From an uncultured Candidatus Saccharibacteria bacterium (GTDB taxonomy: Bacteria > Patescibacteriota > Doudnabacteria > UBA920), in contig CAZYSI010000002.1 in assembly GCA_964650345.1 (NCBI GenBank), forward strand, positions 1-44,059: a stretch of DNA of 44,059 nt. The letters are read 5' to 3'. Position 1 is the first letter of the stretch; each line of letters opens with the position of its first letter. The notes under the pieces were generated by a model. That model saw only the letters and a list, made by a program, of their open reading frames with translations. It was not told the DNA's origin and did no database searches. Both the position numbers and the translations under genes were made by a program. Below are positions 18,300-26,200 of the stretch, piece by piece.

Positions 18300-19610
18300 A
18301 TGGCAACATCACGAACCGACGTTGAAGCTGTTGTTGAGTTCTTTGATCCCAACAACAAAACCAAGTCAGATAAGAGCGGCAGAAATTACCCGCAGTATGG
18401 GTTTCTGTTCGTAATTGATGACGGGACTAGGATACCGATTCAAGACGAGGGTCTTGACGCGGCTATTAGTCCACAGCTCCGTAGAGATAATATCTTTACG
18501 GTGGATATTGTTGCTGATCCTACTAATCCCACAAGGGACAAAGTAAAAGCAACCAACTTTCGGTTTGTTAGAACCGAAGCCGGCGCTGCAGACAGCGCTA
18601 AGGCCAAATTCAAACCTGCCAAATCTGGTGCTCCTACACCTTCCTCAACAAAGGCCGACAAGGCCGATCCCAAACAAAATACTGAAGAGCTTTGGCGGCT
18701 CGAGGTAATGGGTGAACCAGTCGGAGGCGATAATAGCGGCGAATGGACAATATCCGTGGAGTTGGATAAAAACAACTACCCGGTACCAGACGCCAAGATC
18801 AAATTCCGTGCTGGATCGACAAGTTTCGTTGGGACGACCGGTCCCGAAGGCTGCATCGAACAGACCATAACTGTTTCAGATAATACGTATGGGCGGGTCG
18901 TTTACGACTCATCCCTGAGTATATCTGGAATACCGATTGCTGGACCAGATAAAGCTGTTGCCCCTAAGCGTAAGCTTACGGGTTGGCACTGGTTTAACAA
19001 TTTTTTGTATGGTTTTTGGACTGCTGTGCTTGTGCTTTCGATCATTCTGTGGGTACGGGCGGGTTATGTGGAGCTCACAACGCCTTACTCGCAGACCAAA
19101 TCGGTCAGCACAACACAGCAGGACAACGGCCGACCTAAGTTTTCTTGGGACAAGACTCAGCAACCTGCTCCAGAAACGGAGCAGGCAGCAGTAAGTTGGG
19201 GTGGTTACATTTGGAGCTGGACTCCAATGGGATCATTCCTCATTTTGCTACTCTGGTTCTTCCTTTGGATTATTTTGTTTCCGATTTGTTTCGGAGCGGA
19301 GATCTGGGAAGCTTTGCTGAATCAGTACCAAAAAAGCAAAGGCGCTATCGAGGCTTGGCGTCATACGCGTGAACCATTCCAGTATACCGTCGAGGTTATC
19401 CGGAATGGCGGCAAAATCGCTCAGAAACCGGTGTATATGTACAACGGCGAAAAAGTGAATAAGCCCGAGACGCGCTCGGAAGCGATGAGTTCGCTGAAGA
19501 ATATGAAATTCGGCGATATCAAAGAATTTATCAAGTTCGATTTGTTGTCGGATCTCGGCGTAATGCTATTCGACCGCTTCGTGCTTGGCAGACTATTTGG
19601 AGGAAGGTAA
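18300..19610 (+). CDS. Hypothetical two-TM membrane protein with N-terminal soluble domains (436 aa)
   Basis: AAGGAG lies 7-8 nt before the ATG. Soluble N-terminal ~230 aa with a Lys/Ala/Pro linker. TM helices FLYGFWTAVLVLSIILWV and FLILLLWFFLWIILFPICF. Confidence 0.7.
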   Translation: MATSRTDVEAVVEFFDPNNKTKSDKSGRNYPQYGFLFVIDDGTRIPIQDEGLDAAISPQLRRDNIFTVDIVADPTNPTRDKVKATNFRFVRTEAGAADSAKAKFKPAKSGAPTPSSTKADKADPKQNTEELWRLEVMGEPVGGDNSGEWTISVELDKNNYPVPDAKIKFRAGSTSFVGTTGPEGCIEQTITVSDNTYGRVVYDSSLSISGIPIAGPDKAVAPKRKLTGWHWFNNFLYGFWTAVLVLSIILWVRAGYVELTTPYSQTKSVSTTQQDNGRPKFSWDKTQQPAPETEQAAVSWGGYIWSWTPMGSFLILLLWFFLWIILFPICFGAEIWEALLNQYQKSKGAIEAWRHTREPFQYTVEVIRNGGKIAQKPVYMYNGEKVNKPETRSEAMSSLKNMKFGDIKEFIKFDLLSDLGVMLFDRFVLGRLFGGR

Positions 19611-19611
19611 C

Positions 19612-20661
19612 ATGGATACGTGGAAAAAAGTTGGAATCGCAGTGGTACTTCTGCTGCTGGTCGTTGTTGGTATTTTGATCTTCAAGGCCTTGGTCATGAA
19701 GTATTTCGATCTGACGCTGTCGTTGGTCTTTGTTTTGTCGGCATTCGTGCTGGCAGCGATCGCGCTAGCGTTCATTCACTTTTTTGCTCCTGAGAGCTCT
19801 CGCAGCTTTCTGACGAGTGGAGTTGTCGTGATGCTGGTTCTGTTCTGCGGGTGGTCAATCTATGCAGGCACTAGTCCAGTAGCGGCTAAAACCACGAAAA
19901 AAGGGATCGCGGCTCACTTTCTTAACTTCGCCAAAAATTTGTTGCCGGACAATTCAGCTAATGATGAGGTTACTCATCAGGCTGATATGGACTGCGACGA
20001 AGCAACTGCGGAGTTTCGCTATAATGTCGAGCAGAAATTGCTGGACAATTATAAGCAGGATGGCGATGTTGATAAGTACCTCCGTGCCCGAGCAGAATTG
20101 CAGGAGAAGTTGATGAAGAACACTGCTTTATGCAGTTCGGCATCACGTTCTTCGGTTACTCCTTCCTCGACGCCCGCGCCGGCGAGTACTCCCGCCTCAA
20201 CAACTTCTTCAACTAGCATGGTAGCAACTACGGGAACAACCAAAGTTTTCGTGGATGCTACTCGGTACAATGGAGTCGGGTCGGTTCAATTGATTTCTGG
20301 ACGAAAGTTCGAAATTAAAGGGACAGGCACGGCGGTGTGGAAAAATATTCCCGTAGGAAATCCGACAAAGTATGAATCTTGCGGTCCGGAAGGCACTTCG
20401 CCAACTGCATCGGTCAAGATGACCCGTGAGGAGTACTTCTCCAATATCGGGGACTACTTATGTCCTACGGCTCTCAAGGGTGCGCTCATTGCCAAAATTG
20501 GCAACGGGGCGTGGTTCCCGGTCGGAAAAAACTTTCAGGGGGTAGCCCAGAATGATGGGGTGCTGACTTTAGCGGTCAACGATCTTGATCCGCAAAAGCA
20601 GCCCACGTCGAACTGGGCAGACAATGGTGGTGGGTTCTCGGTGGCGGTCATCGTACACTGA
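19612..20661 (+). CDS. Membrane-anchored protein with C-terminal PA-IL (LecA)-like lectin domain
   Basis: I prefer the ATG at 19612 (GGAGGAAGG taa c ATG; SD at 19599-19603) over the 19585 ATG in the ORF track. Three N-terminal TM helices, then a Ser/Thr/Pro linker (SSVTPSSTPAPASTPASTTSSTS). The C-terminus reads CGPEG...GALIAKIGNG...GVLTLAVND...DNGGGFSVAVIV, resembling P. aeruginosa LecA as I recall it. Confidence 0.7.
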   Translation: MDTWKKVGIAVVLLLLVVVGILIFKALVMKYFDLTLSLVFVLSAFVLAAIALAFIHFFAPESSRSFLTSGVVVMLVLFCGWSIYAGTSPVAAKTTKKGIAAHFLNFAKNLLPDNSANDEVTHQADMDCDEATAEFRYNVEQKLLDNYKQDGDVDKYLRARAELQEKLMKNTALCSSASRSSVTPSSTPAPASTPASTTSSTSMVATTGTTKVFVDATRYNGVGSVQLISGRKFEIKGTGTAVWKNIPVGNPTKYESCGPEGTSPTASVKMTREEYFSNIGDYLCPTALKGALIAKIGNGAWFPVGKNFQGVAQNDGVLTLAVNDLDPQKQPTSNWADNGGGFSVAVIVH

Positions 20662-20675
20662 AGCCTATTTCACTG

Positions 20676-20716
20676 AAAGGGTTAGCGGATATAATTCGCT
20701 GACCCTTTTTATTTTG
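20676..20716 (+). terminator. Rho-independent terminator closing the lectin cassette
   Basis: aaagggttagcg-gatataatt-cgctgacccttt (one G-U pair) followed by ttattttg. Confidence 0.8.
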
Positions 20717-20741
20717 TCTAAGCACTAATTGCTTATATAAT
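20714..20741 (+). promoter_or_regulatory. Promoter candidate for a leaderless mRNA
   Basis: TTGTCT (20714-20719), 16 nt, TATAAT (20736-20741). The ATG at 20749 is only 7 nt downstream. Confidence 0.5.
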
Positions 20742-20748
20742 ATAGATT

Positions 20749-21687
20749 ATGTTGTTATCTTTTTTGAAGAAAAATTTTTATCTACATGAACTGATAATTA
20801 TCCCAGCTTTTATTGGGAGTGTAGGATTGAGTTGGTATTTTAGTCAAAATTACAATTGGTTGCCTCCATTTGCAGAATGGGTAATGCTAATTGCTTTGAT
20901 GTTTTTTATTGGTTTTGTATGTGTAAAAATTGCAACTGTTGGAATTAAGTTATTTTTTAAGTCTGAGATTGCTCAAAACAAATTTAATTATATAAAAACT
21001 TTCCGATTTATTAGAATTTTTTTTGCTATTTTTGTGTTGTTAATAATATATGAGAATTTACAACTCATTATTCCATCAATCGCTCCAACGCTTCAGGACC
21101 CTGCCTTGTTGTATTATGATGAACTGTTATTTGGTTTTTATCCGACTGATCCGTGGATTATGAACCTTGCCAATGTGTATCTCACAGAAATAATGAACGC
21201 AGTATACCTAACTTTCTATTTCTATATCCCTATTATTGCTCTGTTACTGTATGTTCAAAATTCGATTTCCGAAGCTTTGCGTTTTACGTTAGTAATGGTC
21301 ATTGCATTTCTAATCGCATTTGGACTTTATATATTAGTTCCCGGTATAGGACCCTTGTACTATCTTAAAGGTCAATTTCCTGTTGAATTAGACGGAACAT
21401 TGGTGAATTTAGTGCAGGGTATATTGCAGACCAGTGGAATTCCTCGCAATGTTTTTCCCAGCTTACATGTCGCTGGTAGTGCTATTCCGCTATACTTCTT
21501 TTACAAGAACTCTAAACCGTTGTTTATAGTTTGCTTGCCGGTCATTATTTTGTTGTGGCTATCGACCGTTTATTTGAGGTTGCATTACATTATTGATGTC
21601 TTTGCGGGGTGGTTTTTAGCAATTGTTTGCATAGCGCTTGGAACCTATTTATTTACGAAATGGAATGAAAAAACATTGGTTGATTAG
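20749..21687 (+). CDS. PAP2_C-type (sphingomyelin/IPC-synthase-like) lipid phosphotransferase family membrane protein
   Basis: Polytopic membrane protein with FPSLHVAGS and RLHYIIDVFAGW. These match the SGH / HYxxDVxxG signature of the PAP2 superfamily. Confidence 0.7.
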   Translation: MLLSFLKKNFYLHELIIIPAFIGSVGLSWYFSQNYNWLPPFAEWVMLIALMFFIGFVCVKIATVGIKLFFKSEIAQNKFNYIKTFRFIRIFFAIFVLLIIYENLQLIIPSIAPTLQDPALLYYDELLFGFYPTDPWIMNLANVYLTEIMNAVYLTFYFYIPIIALLLYVQNSISEALRFTLVMVIAFLIAFGLYILVPGIGPLYYLKGQFPVELDGTLVNLVQGILQTSGIPRNVFPSLHVAGSAIPLYFFYKNSKPLFIVCLPVIILLWLSTVYLRLHYIIDVFAGWFLAIVCIALGTYLFTKWNEKTLVD

Positions 21688-23185
21688 TTTGTGTTTAGTG
21701 GTTGCCATAATGGCCACTCTACAAATCCCTAACCGAACTCGGTTAGGGGATCCAGACGGGTTTTATCATGCCAAGGCTTCGCAGCTGCTGGAACAAGGAA
21801 ATTTATCAGATACTTTTCCGTACTTAGCATATACCACGTGGAAAGATGGTTATGCTGACCAACACTACCTTTATCATGCACTGCTGATTCCGTTTAATAA
21901 CGTGGATTCTTTGTTCCTGTCCATAATAATATTCGCTAGTCTAGCAGCCCTTGCCTTTTATTTGCTGTTTTCAGTATTGATGGTGAAAAGCAAGCTCTGG
22001 TGGCTACTAATTTTGATGCTGGGTTCAACTGACTTTTTGTTTCGTATTAATTTGGTTAAAGCCAACACGCTATCTTTAGCTTCGTTAGCAGCAATCATAT
22101 ATTTGCTGTGGAAGTGGCATGAAAAAAACAATTATTGGGTTGCTGCGGCAATTGGCGTTGTTAGTTTTTTGTTTGTATGGATTTACGGTGGGTTTGTGTT
22201 TGTCCCTGTAGTATTAGCTTTATATGTACTTTCAGTACTAATAACAGAGCGAAAATTTGATTACCTACCAGGACTTGCCAGTGCACTCGGCATAGTCATT
22301 GGATTACTCGTACATCCACATAACTCACATTTACTAGTTTTACTTTATGATCAGATTTTCCGGGCTGGGCTTGGTGCTGGAGCAGTTCCTGTGGGTAATG
22401 AATGGCTCCCTTTTAATATAGATTGGTTTTTAACTAGCAACATTCCATTGTTGTTGGTCTGGGTTTTAAGTTTAGCCGCAGTAATGGCTAAGATTTGGCA
22501 CAAACAAATTAGTTGGCTGGAGTTGTGGCTGCAGCTCATTGCTGTAGCTTTGTTGCTGTTAACCTTGCGTCATCGTCGGTTCATTGAATACTTTACGCCG
22601 TTTGCAGTATTATCAGCCAGTGTAGTTCTGACACCGTATTTGGCTAAATTAAATTGGCAACAAATTAAACTGAGCATAAAACAACACTGGCAATTAGGTT
22701 TTTCCGCTGGGTTTGTAGTTTTCCTAGTCGCTTCAGCATTTCTATACAACTTCCAGCACGTGTATGATTACTTGCAGGGTGGGGAAGAGACTCATCGGTT
22801 TGAAGAAGTTGCCCAGCAAATTTATACTCACAGTCAACCAGGTGACATTGTAATTAATACTCAGTGGGATCAGTTTCCGCAATTGTTCTATTGGAATAGT
22901 AAAAGTTATTACCCAATTGGGTTAGACCCGACGTTTATGTACATCTATAATGCAGATTTGTACTGGGATCTGCGCAAGATTGCCGATGATAATGAGAGCG
23001 ACTGGGAGTCTGTTGAATATTTGCATTCAATCGCCAGCAAAACTTTGAAAGGCAAGTTTTTATTCTTAGATGCAAATCGTAATATTAATATTCATAAGTA
23101 CATTCAAGAGCACGATACAGAGCAAAAATACTTCCAATTGATCTATGATTTAGACAACGTGGTAGCTTACCGTATTTTGCCGTAA
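21665..23185 (+). CDS. GT-C fold (ArnT/PMT-like) membrane glycosyltransferase candidate
   Basis: About 12 TM helices. The first extracytoplasmic loop reads GDPDGFYHAKAS (acidic DxD-like motif). There is a large C-terminal soluble domain. I prefer the ATG at 21665 (MKKHWLISL); the track start at 21638 is also possible. The gene overlaps the PAP2 gene. Confidence 0.55.
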   Translation: MKKHWLISLCLVVAIMATLQIPNRTRLGDPDGFYHAKASQLLEQGNLSDTFPYLAYTTWKDGYADQHYLYHALLIPFNNVDSLFLSIIIFASLAALAFYLLFSVLMVKSKLWWLLILMLGSTDFLFRINLVKANTLSLASLAAIIYLLWKWHEKNNYWVAAAIGVVSFLFVWIYGGFVFVPVVLALYVLSVLITERKFDYLPGLASALGIVIGLLVHPHNSHLLVLLYDQIFRAGLGAGAVPVGNEWLPFNIDWFLTSNIPLLLVWVLSLAAVMAKIWHKQISWLELWLQLIAVALLLLTLRHRRFIEYFTPFAVLSASVVLTPYLAKLNWQQIKLSIKQHWQLGFSAGFVVFLVASAFLYNFQHVYDYLQGGEETHRFEEVAQQIYTHSQPGDIVINTQWDQFPQLFYWNSKSYYPIGLDPTFMYIYNADLYWDLRKIADDNESDWESVEYLHSIASKTLKGKFLFLDANRNINIHKYIQEHDTEQKYFQLIYDLDNVVAYRILP

Positions 23186-23188
23186 ATA

Positions 23189-23197
23189 TGGTATAAT
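23189..23197 (+). promoter_or_regulatory. Extended -10 element (TGGTATAAT)
   Basis: tggtataat lies 24 nt upstream of the 23222 ATG. Confidence 0.5.
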
Positions 23198-23221
23198 TAA
23201 TGCGATAATTAAACCCAAAAC

Positions 23222-26200
23222 ATGTTGTTTCGCATAGGCGAGAGAAGTGGTTCTGATTTTGAAACAAAGCTAGATCCGGAGCGAAAACCGAGTGAAAATA
23301 TTAATGAGCTTGAGCAAACTAAAGCTGCTGAGGTTGATTTTGAAATAGGCAAAGAAGCAAAAGGTAAAGAAGGTATTAATGAACGTTTAGAAGAAGAATT
23401 GGGTGTCGTTGCAGAAAAAATTATTTCAAATAACGATGACTTAGAAAATTTAATAGAGAGTAATTTTTCAGACCGGTCACCAGAGGAAAAACAAAAAATT
23501 CTAGAACAACTGCAATCCGCAGCTGGCAAAGAAGAATTTAAGGGTCATGTTAAGGAGTTTTTGACTAAGTCCTTACCAAAAGATTTTACTGTAGGCGCTT
23601 TGGCTGGTTTCGCAGCTCCGCTAATAGCCAAGATAGCAGTTAAAAATTCAGCACGGGCTTTACTTGCTAGTAAAACATTTGGAGTGAGTGTGGCTGCTGG
23701 CGCGATCGCTAACGCTGTTGTTGAACCATTGAGACATTGGATTCGCAATAAAGAAAAAATTGTTGCAAAAGATATTGAATGGCAATTAGCAGCCGCTCAG
23801 TCGTCGGAGCAGCAAGCCGCTATTATCGCTCAGACCCAGAAAAGTTTGGAGGCAGGTCGGTTTCGTAAAGAGGACGAAGCTGGTGTTCGAGCACTATTGC
23901 AAGAACAGCTTGTAAAGGTACATTTAGAAACAAATAAAGAAGGTTTGGAAGGCAAGGATAAGGTTTTACAAATACTGGAAATTTCAAAATCTACCCGACG
24001 TGCTTTGTTTACGAAAGAGGGCAGGGCAGTGCGAAAGCTAATTAATAGCGTTGAGCTGCTTACTGAAAAAAATAAGGTTGGTTATAAGGAGCTAGCTTCA
24101 GCTTCACTTAAAGGCGCTCTTACTGGCGCTGTGGGGGGCGCTGTGGGGGGCGCACTTCATTATTTCCTTGTCGATGCCGGGTACGGCCAAAAAGCCGTCG
24201 ATGTTATCGGGGAGAAATTAAAGGCTGGTTGGTCTGTTTTGCGAAATATGAAAGGCAGTGGTGGCCCTGCGTTGGCATTTATTAACCCAACCTTAGCAAC
24301 TACTCTTTACGGGGAAGTAAGTAACTACGCTCCAGATGTTCCGGAGAAAGAAATTCCCGACGCTGTTAAGCAGGTCATTGCTAACAAAGCTGAGCAGTCT
24401 TTTACAACAGCACCACAAGGATTGTCGGAGATAAAGGACAAACTAGCAGAACAGGCGTTTTATTCTGATTTAGAGCAGGGTAATGGGGGAACGCATTTGG
24501 CTCGAAAAGCATTACATGATTACAGGGTTAATCTAATTAAATCCGGCGATCCTGATGCTGCAAATCTCTCTACTGAACAATTAATCTTCGCAGAAAATTG
24601 GTTTATTAAGCATAAGTTAGATAAATATGTTGAAGAAGGTGCGGATCATGCCTTTAAGCTAGGGGAGGAAGTAAAACCCTTTGATGGCGCAGATTTGAGA
24701 GAGGCAATTGAGGAAGCAAAAAAACTGAATGAGGAACAGCTAAAGAATTTGCACAAATATGTAGACAAGCTTTCTGAAAAAACCATTCACGAAATGCACG
24801 ATTTACAGAATTTTGAAAATGCAGCGAATGACTATACTAAAAACATTCAATCGCCGCAGCCAGATCAAAGTAATGTCGCACCGGGCACTAACCCTGCAAT
24901 AAGTCCAACACCTGAAAACTATGACAATTATCATCCAGACCCGTTAACCGATGAGGAGCGTAAAGCTATAAATGATTCGCAAGATCGTTTTCAAGAAGAT
25001 CAAGCTACTGGTGGTTCTGAGATAGATAAGCAGATTGAACAGTATTATGAGGACAACAAAGACACTGGTCTGAATGAATCAGAAAAAAATATTGAAAGCA
25101 TTAATTCTAAATTAATTGCAATTGCTAAACTAAATCTCATGGGAGGCATCTTGCTTGGTGGGGCTGCAGCAGGGTTTTATATGTTCAAGAAGTGGCAAAA
25201 AGAACGCCCTACTCCTGAGCAAAGTAGAGAGGCGATTGAACAGCTGCTACGCCAAAGAGAACTAGAGGTTGAGCTGGGAGAAGGCGTGACCGATAAAGAC
25301 ATACATAAGCAGTACAATAAATTAATTCGGGCCATAGAACAAGATTACGCTTATGGTGGTTTAGCAAATCTTGCCGGTAAAAAAATTGTATTAGAAAAAG
25401 CGCATAGTGCTAAGGAGCCCTGGGTAGATCATACTGACCCCGAGGTAATTCATTTACCTGTTTCTGTAAAACTTGATAAGTTAGAAAGGTTTATTAATCA
25501 GCTAGATGATGATGCAATCGATCAAGCTAAAGAGTTTTCAGAACGAAAATTATATGAAGCGGGTGATATTATGTTAGATTTGGAGGATGAGTTTCAAATA
25601 AGAATTAGGTTCATTAACAGAGGTCCGAATGGAGTAAGTTCACAACAATTAATTGACAACCTCGATCGATTCAGAAACGCTTTGCGTGACTTACCAGCAG
25701 AGGATTTGCACGGGACGAACTTCGTTCTAACTTATGCCTTAAATGAGCTCGATAAGTCAAGCGGAGATATCTACATAGATGTGGTAAGGCAAACCGATGA
25801 AGAACTATCAAAAGAACTAAGGCAGTTACTTGGGTTAGCCGAAAATATTGAATCTGGAAGTGGTGCTCCAATTTTGGCTGAGCCAGTTTTTGAAGACGAA
25901 CCAGAAGATGTTGATGAGCCTGACTCGTCTGGTATTGTAGAACCAGAAATTAATCCGGTCGAACAAGCTAGACAGGAGATTCAATCTGAATTCAATGAAA
26001 TAGAACGAAAGCATGGTATGAATATAGCTTTGGCTAATGATAAAACCGCAGAATTATTAATGCGCGACCGCAATTTAATGTTTAATTTGCAAGACGGCAT
26101 TGAAGATGCGAGTCGATTCTATCCAGGGATGTTTTATCCTTTCGAAGGTTTTAAAATAGTTCTTGATGATAAATGGGCTTTAGAAAAAGGGGTGCGCCAT

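Noticed and set aside
18440-19372. ORFs 18440-18775 (-), 18909-19163 (-), 18937-19194 (+) and 19145-19372 (+) inside the 18300-19610 gene.
   Set aside because: These are off-frame or antisense ORFs in a moderately GC-rich gene. They have no start signals and their translations are not protein-like.
19585-19611. The ORF-track start at 19585 for the lectin gene.
   Set aside because: The ATG at 19612 is preceded by GGAGG at proper spacing and immediately follows the upstream stop. The 19585 start would overlap the upstream gene and has no SD.
21638-21664. The ORF-track start at 21638 for the GT-C-like gene.
   Set aside because: The in-frame ATG at 21665 gives a typical MKKHW + TM helix N-terminus and a shorter overlap with the PAP2 gene. 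The longer start cannot be excluded without homologue alignment.
24125-24150. Tandem 12-nt repeat ggcgctgtgggg x2 (plus a partial third copy) inside the giant gene.
   Set aside because: It is in frame and encodes GAVGGAVGGA within a Gly/Ala-rich TM segment. It is ordinary low-complexity duplication, not a repeat element.
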